62,557 bases of DNA, filler included, from Bonamia ostreae (GCA_040357525.1; 30 parts of 30 records of this genome joined end to end with filler, not necessarily neighbours in it), one strand, 5' to 3'; counted from the first letter of the whole stretch, positions 36,011-50,208 are shown. Made by a program: numbers and translations. Notes: generated by a model not told the origin, from the letters alone.

Positions 36011-37019
36011 AAATATGTCCTCCTCCAATGATGAGATACTTGCTAAGTCAGCAATTTATCCGCACAGAGTCATTGAAAAGGATGACAAAAAGTTTAAAAA
36101 TAATGTAAAACGTAAAAGTAAAAAAGTCAATGTTCAACCAAACATCGATTTAGAGTCTTTGTAAAAGATGATTTCCGAAAAATAATGACTCAAATTTCGA
36201 ATAAAATTGAACAGAGAAAATTTAAAATTATCAAAGACCCATTTAATAACTGTAACTTCTCCAAGATACTTTCTTCGCATTAAAAGCAATGTCTTGGAAC
36301 TCAATGAATCTTTTAAAAATATCAACGAGTTTAAACAATTTGTAAATTTTAATGGCATTGGTCAAAAACATAAAAATTGTCTGTTTCTGAAATGTAAAAT
36401 AACTTTTACTTTTAAAAAGTTTTATGACAAGGGTTCAATAAGTCAATGCGGGAAAGTAAATTTCCCAATTGTTTAAAAGGACCTCCATTCGTCCTCGAAA
36501 AGTCTTAAAAAGTTATTACTTAAAAAGCAATTTTTATCTTTTAATGAAAAGACTGCGAAATTTACAAATCTAAACACAAAATATTTTTTACTTTTGTAAA
36601 TACGTAAATGGTAAAAATGTTAATTTGATCTATTTTTAAAATAATAAAAATGATAAAGATTAAATAATAAAATGATAAACATTTAGCTAAAAATATTTTT
36701 AGAATTAACGATTTTAGTAACAAAAATATAAAAATTAAAATGTTGATTAATAGTGATGCCTTTTCCTGGAATCATGTTTTCAACTTGATAAAGAAAAGGC
36801 TCCGAAAATAAGATTTTTTGACTGATTGTACTATTACTGTATATGTAACATGTGAATGGTTGAGGCACCTGGATACAGATAAAAAATAAAAATAAACAAA
36901 AAATTAAAAAAATATTTTATAATAAAAATAAATGTTTTAGGTATTTTTTTTGAATATAAATTTTTATTTTTTTTTCGATATTTTTTAAAATTAGAAAATA
37001 TTTCAATACGTGACGATTT

Positions 37020-37480
37020 TTAATCGATCATACTCTTCTTCGCCATTTCTAAAACTCCTTTTTTAGTCTTAGAACCTCCTGTAAACCCAGTTGCATCTAA
37101 ACATTGTTGAAATTTAAAATAAAAACGTACGAAAATAGCGCCTTTTATTCCAGAAACTTTTTCTAGCTTTTCATTTGTTAAACCTCGCCATTCCGGTTTT
37201 AAAGGTTTTTTAGTTTTGAATGATAATTGTGATACAGCTGTTATTCTCCTTTTAATTTGGAAATTATTTGGGAAAAATTTGTAATAAAGATTTAAAATTA
37301 TCATTTGTAATGACCAAGCTTTCAGTTTATAAATGACATAAAAAATGTCAATATTTTCTTCGTCGAGTATTTCTCTCCAAAAACAAAATTTATCAAGCAC
37401 AATTATTTTTCCAGATTTGTCGTATTTAAATCGTTCAGAAATAGCTTTCAAGACGATTCTTCTTGCTGGAAGCAAGCACT
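37020..37480 (-). CDS. MYG1: MYG1 exonuclease, 5' truncated
   Basis: LPARRIV...RFKYDKSG...W[intron 37249-37314]RITAV...PLKPEWRGL..EKLEKVSGIKGAIFVH[intron 37097-37126]ATGFTGG..GVLEMA. Confidence 0.9.
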
Positions 37481-37733
37481 TTACAATTAAAATTGTTATA
37501 AAATTTTTGACAGTCCAAAAACAAAAATTAAAATTTTTAACAATTGATTTTTACAATTATCCAAAATAACATCTTTAAGAAATTTTATGCTTTCCTTANN
37601 NNNNNNNNNNNNNNNNNNNNNNNNNNNNNNNNNNNNNNNNNNTTAATTAATTAANNNNNNNNNNNNNNNNNNNNNNNNNNNNNNNNNNNNNNNNNNNNGC
37701 GAATCAAAATTTCTGAAATAATTTAAAGCAAAT

Positions 37734-39207
37734 TTAATCGCTGAACGGCTTATTCAGTTGTTCCAAATTTGTCAAAAAGTTGTGACATTTTTCTTCTATA
37801 GTTTCCAAACTTTCAAATATAAGTTTTTCCGGACTTTTTAATCCCAATGATTCGATCTCAACTTTTTTGAAATTTTTTTAATTTGAATTGTCAAAATATT
37901 TTTTGAATTTAAAGTACACAAAAAGTCGTTAGTACGACATTGCATTGAAATGTCGTCTCCTCCTTCAGAAAGACAATTTCTGCAAAGAGAACATTCGTCT
38001 TCATTTAAAAGAACGAGTTCGCTGTTTTTTATCCCGAAAATGTTTTTACAGCATTTTGCGATTTTTTCTGCGCGTTTTCCAGTGATCGGATTTTTAAAGA
38101 CGACTTTAGTTTTCATTCTGTAATGGGCGGTGCTGACATTTGAAAATTTTGCGTGATCTTTCGCAGTTCCCAATTGACAAAATGCTTCCAGTTTTATGCT
38201 CTTTTTATCGATCAAATTTTGCCGTTTTTATTATTTTTTACAATTTTCATATTTTCGTTTTTTAATAAATTTTACAAATTTTGTCGTTTTTATTATTTAT
38301 TTTCATATTTTCGTTTTTTTATTAAATTTTACAAATTTTGTCGTTTTTATTATTTTTTTACAATTTTCGTATTTTCGTTTTTTAATAAATTTTACAAATT
38401 TTGTCGTTTTTATTATTTTTTTACAATTTTCATATTTTCGTTTTTTAATAAATTTTACAAATTTTGCCGTTTTTATTATTTTTTACAATTTTCTATTTAA
38501 GTCAATTTTTATTTTAAAAAATAGCTACTTGACCAGGTCTTAGTTTAGCCAAAACAATGTCTTTAAACAGACATCCAACGCCATTTTCCCCAAACTTGTC
38601 CAACTGCTCTTTCTGTGGCACCCATTCCAGATCGCCCGAAAAAACAACATTTTTCTCGAATTTGTCTCCTTCCGCCAAAATGTCCAAATCCTCCACAGCA
38701 ACTCCTTTCTTCAGAGAACAAGTGACATCCAGCTTGAAAACTAGCGTGTTTTCGGAATCCATTTCTATTTTTTTTGATTTAACAATTGCTAAAATTTATT
38801 GTTCGTTTAACCGTCTCCTCTCTTCATCGGAACAAGTTTGCTTGTTTCCGCTTTAATAGGAACGAGGCCTAAACGATGGGACAAAATCTCATCGGAAATG
38901 ACGGAATCGTTGTAATATATTCCGACTTTTTCGATCGCTGCCGCTTTGGTCTAAATTTTAGAGTTTTTATTCGGAAAAATTTTGAAAGTGTAAAATGGAC
39001 ATCGTTCATTATAGTCCTTCTTAGCAAAATAGCGATGGCCGGATCAGCGTTGCGCAAATCAAATTCCAACGTGTTTTCGTCTAAACTTAAATTTGGTCTA
39101 AATTTTATTTGGATTTTATCCATCCAATTTTGGCCGTCGTCTTTGGCGGGAAATTGTGTTTTTGTCAAATGGCTGTTTTTGAGTTCGATTTTTACTTTGG
39201 TGGCCAT
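37734..39207 (-). CDS. POLR1C: RNA polymerase I/III subunit AC40 (RPC40), 5 exons, complete
   Basis: LEFDLRNADPAIAILLRR, NDSVISDEILSHRLGLVPI, DIVLAKLRPGQ, GTAKDHAKFS, CSLCRNC, FEIESLG. Confidence 0.93.
38214..38490. repeat. ~60-bp AT-rich tandem repeat inside RPC40 intron 38201-38528
   Basis: Unit ttttgYcgtttttattattttttacaattttcRtattttcgttttttaataaattttacaaa repeated about 4.5 times. Confidence 0.92.
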
Positions 39208-39809
39208 TCGAGCTAAATTTTTTTCAGTTTTTGGATTATTTAACGAAAAGCACAAAAGATAAATTTTATCAAGAAATGGCTAAAATGCTAAGACATATCT
39301 TTGAAAACGAAGCGCCATCATGGCGCAAAGGGTGAATTCGATCTTTACATCAGTTTGGAAACGACAACACCGAGATTCGAACCCACACATCATTTTTAAA
39401 ACTAATTCGAGCAAAAAAGCAACAGAAAATTCGATAACTAAAAAGCACTAAAAACGACATTAATAAATGATCGTGGAATAAAGAGCATACAATTTTGGAC
39501 ATTAATTTACCAAATGCATTGGAGTGTCATAAAACAAGACCATCCAATGTTGATTTTTGAAGTAAAATTGATAATATGCACAGATTGTTTTTCATGGAAA
39601 AAATTTTGCACAATTTCTTGTTTTGCTGGTGATTTATGGAAAGAGGATGTACTCATTGTCAATTTGCAGAATGTCAAAATAAACANNNNNNNNNNNNNNN
39701 NNNNNNNNNNNNNNNNNNNNNNNNNNNNNTTAATTAATTAANNNNNNNNNNNNNNNNNNNNNNNNNNNNNNNNNNNNNNNNNNNNAAGCAATAATTTTTT
39801 AATATTTGT

Positions 39810-40406
39810 TTAAATCGTCATGCTTTTTTCCACTTCTTTTTGCTCCTTATTTTTTTCCTTCTTAAAAGTATCTTTACCAACCGGAATAGCATACAAAAGC
39901 GCTGAGATAAAAAATAAAGATCCCCCGACAACGAAAAAATAAAAACCCTTTAATTTTTATCTAAAAACAATTTTAAATTTTGAGTATTTTGGAATGTAGC
40001 AATCCATATACAAAAGAAAAACACAAAGCACTGCTACCAATATTCCAACTTTAAATTTTAATTTAAAAACCGCTTATTCCGTTTAAAGAAACGGTTATAA
40101 CGAAAAACAACTTTTCCAATTTTGGGCAAAATTTGTTGAGCAATCCAATAATTGAGCTAGCGAGCAAAATCAAAATAACTGAATATTAAATAAAAAACAG
40201 ATATTTATCAAAATATAGCTAATTCCTCCACAAGAACTAAATTTATTGCGCAGACATATTTTACTGTGGATGCACGTTTTGCTCAGATATACTGTGATCT
40301 CTTCATTTTTTGTCCAAGTTAATAAAGTGCTTATAGCTATAAAAATTGTTGTTAGTAAGCCGGAAACGACATTGAAGAAAACTTTTAGAAACTCAATCAC
40401 TTTCAT
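39810..40406 (-). CDS. Small four-TM membrane protein (claudin/amastin-like topology), multi-exon
   Basis: N-terminal TM ending LTW, Cys-containing loop, three more hydrophobic segments, GFYFFVVGG, charged tail. Confidence 0.5.
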
Positions 40407-40783
40407 TTTTTTGAAATTTTAGCTTGTTGCTGTTTATTTGCTTGTTTCAAGTTTTATCTACGTTTAAATATTTAACACAAATCACTGACTGGTTTCTCGT
40501 AATTTGTTTTGTTAACCAGGGAGAACCATCCTCTTTGTTTGTCTTTTCAGACCGTTGCACCTTTTTTGGGAGAGGAAATCTGCACAAAACATTATCTGTG
40601 GGAAAATGATTAAGTTGTCTTGAGAGCCATTTTTATAAAAAAATTTAATGAGTTTTTTATTGCCATAAATTCCTTTAATTTTTGGTTTTCACCTTAATTC
40701 AATTTTCAAAAATTCAAATTTAGGAATTGAACTAATTAAACGAACACAAATTAGTTTAACAAATCGGCCTAATTTTAAAAATA

Positions 40784-41772
40784 ATGTCTTTTTCAAATTG
40801 CGCAAATTTAAAAAATATAGAATCTGAGAATTTTGAAGGGTTTAAATCAGAAAATAATCATTCCATTTTAAAATTTAATAAAATTTATGTTTTTAAAGAA
40901 GCGAGAAAAAATTGGAGATCAAAACAGAGGGGACCGATCTTCGACTTATTTCCAATAAAAAATGGGAGAAAATCTTGAGGATGGCCAAATGCCAAATTCT
41001 CTCACATGTCAGCAACGATTTTGTAGAAGCGTATATTTTGAGTGAAAGTGCTTTGTTTGTTTTCCAAAACAAAGTTTGGCTTTTTTGCTAAAATCTCTAA
41101 TTTGCAATTTTTTCGCTGAAAGCAAAATTATAAAAATAAAATCTATAGATGATATTAAAGACATGCGGGACAACGCCATTATTAATTTGCATTCCGTTAA
41201 TTTTGAAAACATTTTCACTAAACAAATCCCTTTTAGTTTATGTAATTTATTCTCATTCGTCATTTTTGTTCCCACAAAACCAACCATTTCCTCACAGGTT
41301 TAAACAATTTGCAAAAATTAATTGTCCTGAAAACCAAAATTTTCTGCTAGAAACATTAAATTTTCCAAAATTGCTTTACAAAAATTTAAGAAATTTTGAG
41401 AGCGAAAGAAAATTTTTGGAAAGATTTTTTAGCGGGAAAATTTTTGTAACCGACACGAAACAAGAACCGATTTTTTATTTATATTTTGCTCAAATTCGTC
41501 CATATTTTCCCAAAAACGAACAAACAGTTGAAATGGTAATGTTTAATCTTTCGAAAAATCTGGCTTATTTTTATAAAAACAATTTATTGTTTAAAAGTGA
41601 AAGTTTTTTGTTAAATAAAATTTATTTCTGGTTAAAAAATAACTTCACTTGAAGAATTGTTTGGATTTTTGGGAGAAGCCAAAATCGATTCATATCTTTT
41701 TTCGCCCTGCGGGTATTCTGAAAACTCAATTAAGGATAATAATTATTTGACACTACACGTTACGCCCGAAAA
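40784..41772 (+). CDS. AMD1: S-adenosylmethionine decarboxylase proenzyme, 3' truncated
   Basis: FEGSEKKLEI, YILSESALFV (E-S self-cleavage site), ILKTCGTT, QPFPHRNF, FSPCGYS, LHVTPE; four GTT-donor introns. Confidence 0.95.
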
Positions 41773-41973
41773 NNNNNNNNNNNNNNNNNNNNNNNNNNNN
41801 NNNNNNNNNNNNNNNNTTAATTAATTAANNNNNNNNNNNNNNNNNNNNNNNNNNNNNNNNNNNNNNNNNNNNTACGAAATATCGATAAATTTGCTTTTTG
41901 AACTACAAATTTACAAATTTCGATAAATTTGCTTTTTGAACTACAAATTTATAAAAAAAACGTTAAAAAACAG

Positions 41974-42685
41974 AGAAAAGGTCAACAAATAACATTGAAA
42001 CAGTCCTCTCAACAAAGAGAGCTGACCATCGCATTTGTAAAAAAGGGCCCAACAAATATAGCCGTCGGCACTTTCCATCTTGAAAGCCCCTTTAAAAACT
42101 ACAGAGCTGTTCATAACAGATTTTGCCAATTGAAACAAGTCTTCACCATTAAATTTTTTAAAACTTTTTTATTCAAAAATATCAAAAATTGCTTAAAAAC
42201 ATAAAAAAAAATGCTTTAAAACATAAAAAATTGCTTTAAAAACATAAAAAATTGCTTTAAAAATTAAATTTTACTGAAAAAGTGTTTCGAAATAATGAAC
42301 AAATTCCAAAATGGCATTTTAGCTGGCGATACAAATTGGAATAAAGAAAGTCTCAGAAAATATGGCGAGATTTGCAAACTCGACCAAAAATGGATCGATT
42401 GTTGGTCAATCGCCAATAAAAACAAAGGTCAATTTAAAAAAATTTCAAAAAACAGAAAAAGGATTTACTTATGACGGAATAAAAAACAAAACGGCGACAT
42501 CAAAATTTAGATCGAGATTGGACAGAATTTTTGCAAATTTTTCCGAAAAAAGAATTGACTCAATTTCGTTAATTGGAGAAAAGCCAATAAAAAACAAGTT
42601 TTTCGAAAGAAGAAAAGTTAAAACACAACTTTTCGCGAGCGATCATTTTGGAATTGTTTGTGAACTCAAAATGAGAATTGATTGA
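41974..42685 (+). CDS. TDP2: Tyrosyl-DNA phosphodiesterase 2-like EEP enzyme, 5' truncated
   Basis: TFHLES, AGDTN, WIDCW, GFTYDG, RLDR, ASDHFG; 28-nt intron 42428-42455. Confidence 0.85.
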
Positions 42686-42809
42686 AACTAAAATTATCTT
42701 TAACACAATTTTCCAAATTTAAATGTCATTAACAAAACTCCAATCCCGCCATTCCACTTTAAAATGTAATAAAAACAACCGAAATTTTAATTATTACCAA
42801 AAATATAAA

Positions 42810-43757
42810 ATGGGCGCAAATTTTTACATTATCGAAAGAGCCACCACTCTTTCCGCTTTTTCTGTCGTTTTCGTTTCTTTCATAATTTCCGTCGCGTACC
42901 GATTCAGTAAAGGCGGATGGCAAAACGTTTTAAGAAACGAATCCATCAAAGTATATTGTCGTTTCTTCGGAATGGCGTCATCTTTGTTTTTTCTGATCTG
43001 TCAAATTGATTATTTTTCGTTTTTCGGAATTTTTTCGCTGAAAATGGCGAGAATTCTGAGCAATTTTGCGTTTTCTGTTTTCGTTTTGATGTTTCTGGCG
43101 TGCGCAAATAAATTAATGGCGATTTATGTTGGGATTGTTTGTGATGAGCGGACAGGAAATAAAATTGGGAAATATCTTTGGCTGGATTTTGGAGTTTATT
43201 TTGTGCTTTTGGCAGTTTTCTACTTTTTTTGCAATTTTTCAAAATTGCCGTTTTTTTCTAACTTTTTTTATTCGATTTTTGTAGAAAAGTAAATTTCTAA
43301 AAAATAAATTTGGAAATTTTTTGATTCGAAAAAATAAAGATCGCATCAAATAGAATTTGGAGAGCGATTGTTAAACGGATTGTTTTTGGCGCTTTCCTTA
43401 TCCGTGATGATCTTCGTTTACATTAGAACGATAAAATTGATCAACATAAAAGTAGTGATCAAAATTTCAAATAATTGCAAAAAAGTGGAATGTAACGAAA
43501 TAATGAAAAATTTTAGAAATCTGATTTTTTTGTTAACTTTAACTCTTTTTTTCTTTTTGGCTTTGGTTATTATCAGATTTTCAGTTTTTATTTTTTGTGT
43601 TTTTAAAAATTTTAATTGAACAAATTTTTAGGTTTTTAATCCGTTTTCAAAAAATGTTTATTCGAAAGAAGACATTTTGTGGAATGAAGTTGAGGATTTT
43701 CTCGTGTTTGTGATTTGTGCTGTAGATTTGGCCGCTGTGAGCATATTTGCGTTTTAA
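42810..43757 (+). CDS. Orphan multipass (about 7 TM) membrane protein, 3 exons
   Basis: Successive hydrophobic segments over ORFs 42723-43292, 43368-43619 and a last exon ending TAA at 43757. Confidence 0.6.
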
Positions 43758-44181
43758 ATAATTCTATTTTGATATTTTTATGTAATTTTTTTTGTCCAAA
43801 TGGATTTAATCAAAATCCTCCGCTATTTCATTTTTTAACCTCTTTTCATAGTTGATTTNNNNNNNNNNNNNNNNNNNNNNNNNNNNNNNNNNNNNNNNNN
43901 NNTTAATTAATTAANNNNNNNNNNNNNNNNNNNNNNNNNNNNNNNNNNNNNNNNNNNNTTTTGTTTTCGTTTTTGTTGTAATTTGAATATTTTTGTTTTC
44001 AATTTTTGTTAAATTTTGAATAATTTTGTTTTCGTTTTTGTTGTAATTTGAATATTTTTTTTAAATTTTGAATATTTTTGTTTTCGTTTTTGTTTTAAAT
44101 ATTAAACAATCATCGCTTTTAATCAAAATAAACCATTTGAAACAACAATAAACAATCAATTTGATTAAACGTAATAATTAA

Positions 44182-45925
<1,744 letters not shown>

Positions 45926-46199
45926 ATAGATTATTTTTGCTGNNNNNNNNNNNNNNNNNNNNNNNNNNNNNNNNNNNNNNNNNNNNTTAATTAATTAANN
46001 NNNNNNNNNNNNNNNNNNNNNNNNNNNNNNNNNNNNNNNNNNAAACAACTCAAAAAATTAAAAAAAAGTTGATTAAAGAGTAAAATAAACTCATTGAAAT
46101 AAAATAAACTAGAAAAAAAATAAAAATAATAAAGAGTTAAACTCTGCGGGCCAATGAATTCATCAGTTGAGAGTTAAAAAAAATAAAAATTCTTTTTTC

Positions 46200-46470
46200 A
46201 AATGCATAAAAATAAATGGCGAAAAAGTGTTTGATAGTGATAAAATCACTAATGTCATTGTTGATTATTTTTCCAAGATATCGAAATATTAAAAATGGAA
46301 TCAATTTAAATGAATATTAAAATAATTTACTTAAGAAAATAAAAACCTGTAATAATTTTAGTAATAAATTTTAATAAAAATTTCTTTAAAAGAAATTTAT
46401 GAACAGATCAAATACCTCAATTAAAAAAAACTGTTGGATTTGATCGAATTGATCAAAAAATGTTTTTGAA
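46200..46470 (+). pseudogene. Decayed non-LTR retrotransposon ORF2 fragment (region preceding RT)
   Basis: INGEKVFDSDKITNVIVDYFSKI and SLKEIYEQIKYLN*/KTVGFDRIDQKMF parallel DEKISKKILKYFVNI and LNPKKSCGIDKIHTNMF in the LINE at 58514-60485. Confidence 0.6.
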
Positions 46471-46819
46471 TATGTTATACAAAAAATGTTTTCTATTGAT
46501 CAAATTAGCACAAAATTTAAATTTAATAGAATGAAATGTTTAAAAAGAATGTTATAAAAAATAAAAAATTATAATTTGAAAAGTTAATATAAAAAAATAA
46601 TTTTTCTTCTTTTTAAAAATAAATCGATATCTGTAAATTTCTTTTTAAAAAAAATAAAGGATTTGAAAACATATTTAAATTGTTTTTTCTGTTACGATCA
46701 TTTTACTTCAAAATGAACAAAATAGATTTTTTAGATAATTTAAATTTCGTCAGAATCAAAAGATGTTTTATGTAACCTTCAACGAAAAACTTAAATTTCT
46801 TACAAATAATCAATTTTAT

Positions 46820-47976
46820 TTATTCAACAAAACAATTCTCCAAATCAACCAAAAAATCCTCCGGCGCCACCATTTCCGTCGCGCCATACAAAACTCCGTC
46901 GCCCCCAAAACCGAATTCAGAAACCCCAAATTTGCCGTTCGCAAAATCTTCCAAATTCTGAAATTCGACATAACTCCCTCCACCGACTACAAAAACAATC
47001 ACTTTCTCGCGCCCAAACCTCGTTCCAAAACTTGTTCCAAAATTTTTTTCTTTCTCCAAAACTTGCGGATCGATCGTTGCAAAAGCGACTTTTTTGTTAT
47101 TCGAAATCGCTTTTTCGTCGTTTTCGCTAAAACTTAAAAAGCCGTTTTCCTTTCTCGCTGAAAGTCGGTTTGTTGTGATTTCGTCGACGATCCGAGAAAG
47201 CGGCGAGAGTTTGCTTGTCGGAAGCATGTTTTTGACTTCGGCGAAAATTTGCGCGCTTTTGTCGACGACGTTTTTCCAGAGATTTTCTGTGAGTTCCGTG
47301 GCTTTGCTGTTGATCATGTTAATTCCGCCCTTTCTGAAAAATTTTGATATAAAAGTGTTTTGGTCATTGTCATTTCCGTTTGTAATCGGATTTATCGGAT
47401 TTTCGGGTTTTGTTTTTAAGCTGTTTTTTTCCAATTTATTATTATCGTTATTGTTGTTTTCATTATCGTCGTCGATAAAAAGCAATTTTTTTATGGAAGA
47501 AATGGCTTTTCCGGATTTTGCTATTTCGTTTTGTTCTGTGATTTGTTTTTTGTTTTTGAGCCCTTCAAAATATATTTCTGCGATTTGTTCGAAGCTTTCG
47601 ATGTTTGTGGGGTTTTTGATGAGATATATTAGTAATAAGCGGAGTTTGTCGTTCGTTGTTGGCGTTTCTGAAGAAAGAAGTGATTTTGCTTTCTTTTTGA
47701 AAATTTTTAAATTTGAGGTAACTTTTAAATTCAATTTTTTTCCTTGGATCAAGTTTTCTTCGACCAAGAAGAATTCTGCTAAACGGCGCCGACTAAGTTT
47801 CTTCGAAAGAGCACTTGCCACTGCGGTATGTCGGTCGGTCAAAATTTTTTGTCTTTGGATTTTTGGCAAATCGGAAATGGTCTCCAATAAATTGGGATTC
47901 TGGGATCGGTTTTTTGGCTGCGAACGAAAATCTTCTTGAATTTTTCTGTAGTCGTTCACCATTTTGCTGACTGCGT
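46820..47976 (-). CDS. SLY1: Sec1/Munc18-family protein SLY1, 5' truncated
   Basis: LPKIQRQKILTDRHTAVASAL, NDKLRLLLIY, VIVFVVGGGSYVEFQNL, LYGATEMVAPEDFL. Confidence 0.9.
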
Positions 47977-48125
47977 CTATTTTTTAATTTAGTTTTTTGA
48001 ATTGATTGTTTTTCAGCAAAGCTTANNNNNNNNNNNNNNNNNNNNNNNNNNNNNNNNNNNNNNNNNNNNTTAATTAATTAANNNNNNNNNNNNNNNNNNN
48101 NNNNNNNNNNNNNNNNNNNNNNNNN

Positions 48126-50108
48126 TTTTTCGACGACGCAATTAGAATTTTGGTCTAAAACCATTTTTCCGAGGTCCAGCCAAAATCTCCAAACGACGCC
48201 AGGGCCGTGTTGCTTTTCGCTCAAGTGCTTATTTCGACCATTGTTTGTGCTGGGGATGACGAGAACTCTATTCAAATATTGTTTCAAGTATCGTTTTGCT
48301 GATTCTGTGATGTCTTCGACTTCTTCGTTTTCTTTGAAAACGGCGGCTTTTTTTAGGGTGAAGAAATATTTTCCGATTTGTTCCAAATTTTGTGTGTTTG
48401 GGGAATCCAAAGTCTTTTTTTCTGTCTTTGTGGAGACTAGTTTCAAAATGGAATGCAGTTCTGAGAAGCTTTGGACCAATTGGGAGATCAATTTAGAGGA
48501 TTTTTTTTCAGTTTTGAAGACTTTTTTCAGTATAAGCGCCTATTTTTTGATTAACTCAAACCAATTTTGCAAAATTGTTTTAATTTAATAAATTTTCTTT
48601 TGTAAATTTTTTATTGAAAGTTTCTTTTGCGAATTATTAGCGAAAATTGTTTTTCAAAATTATTAATAAAATTTTTCTTTTGTAAATTTTTGTTAAAATT
48701 GTTTTTCAAATTAGTAATATTTAGCGAAATAAAGACCACTTGTTCGGATAAATTTGCAATTCTTCCATTTGAAAGCGTTTTGTCAAAAGGGCAATAATAA
48801 AAGCCCCTCGCAATTCTATTCAATAATTGTACCCCTCTCAGTTTCGAACCCCTTTTTGCTCTAGAAACGTACCAAGCCAATGCATCATAAAGTCTCAAGA
48901 GATTTTCATCGATTTTTATCAAATCGCTACGGGTCGGAATCAAGGTGTTGAACATCCAGAAAGCCAATTCGATGTTCATGCCTTTTATGATTTTAAGTAA
49001 ACAATTGATTGCTTTCGAGTCGTCTATGCGCAGGTCGACGGGGTGGACTTTGAAAATGTACCCCCAATAATTGTTGTCGGCCGTGCTTCTGAAATGGTAG
49101 TAGCATTTGTTAGATTGCACAACAAATGATGAATAATTCTTCATTTTTGAATTCGTTAAATTCAAAATCGATATTAATGTGAACAAAAAGTTTTAAATGT
49201 CTGATTTTAGAATGACGGGACGATTTTATTTAGAAGTAAAGTTTGATAAAGAAAATAACATTTTTAATGGCAAAATAATATTAAAGAAAAATTAAAGTTT
49301 TTAATGACCAAAATTAACTTTTTTAATAAAGAAATAACATTTTTAATGACAATTAACATTTTCGATAAATATACACAAAATTTAAAAATTAACCCTGTTG
49401 ACGTACCCGTCTTTACCACCTCTGTTGCTAGACAACAACTGAGTCCTTTCCTCGTCAGCGTAGAACTTAAGAAAAGTCATCAAGTCACTGCTCAAACTGC
49501 ATCGCGAATCAAAAGTGATGTAAAGAGCCCGAGCTCCCGGAATGTGCAACTTCCCCTTTTTGTCTGCAAAGGCTTTGTACGGACAGCTCCCCGGCGAGCT
49601 TACTGAGATGGTCGGAATTGGATTGTTCGCCGCTTGAATAAAGTGCACAACGCATTCTTCCGAGATCAGTCTTCGCATCGTCAAACTGTCGTTTTCGCCA
49701 TTTTCACAGTACAAAACGCTGTTCGCCGCCAGAGCCAAATTTTCTTCGTCGTTGAAAATCTCTTTTGTGATTATTGGCGTCGATTTGGTTTCCGACGAAG
49801 CCTCGTTTTCGAAAATCTGCAGCAATTTTAGTCTAGTTTTTTCTAAAGCCGTTCTGGACTTTATATCAGATTGCGCGGAAACAGTCGATTTTTCTTTCGA
49901 TGACAGAGATTCTGCGCTGAGCAGTTTTAAGAGGCGAAGAAATTGTCTTTTTCCGCCAAATCGCTCGATTTGGAGATTTTTGTGATCGGGCCATTTTTCC
50001 AATTGTTTCAACATTGTTCTTCGAGTCTTTATTCATTGTTACCGATTAATTTCTACAAAGCACTTTATTTCATATTTGACGTTTTTTGGGGATTTTATTG
50101 TTACTGAT
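48126..50108 (-). CDS. Internal exons of a large protein with a CUB-like domain of the kind found in giant E3 ligases
   Basis: PY...GKLHIPGARALYITFDSRC...LKFY and YYHFRS...WGYIFKVHP; three long co-linear ORFs. Confidence 0.55.
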
Positions 50109-50208
50109 NNNNNNNNNNNNNNNNNNNNNNNNNNNNNNNNNNNNNNNNNNNNTTAATTAATTAANNNNNNNNNNNNNNNNNNNNNNNNNNNNNNNNNNNN
50201 NNNNNNNN

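Noticed and set aside
38153-38543. Repetitive + strand ORFs, or a CRISPR-like array
   Set aside because: A head-to-tail AT-rich minisatellite without unique spacers, lying inside an RPC40 intron.
40595-40625. U3 snoRNA-like 5' end (aagac..actt..atcattt) on the minus strand
   Set aside because: Boxes B, C and D and the terminal stem are not evident; kept only as an unexplained island.
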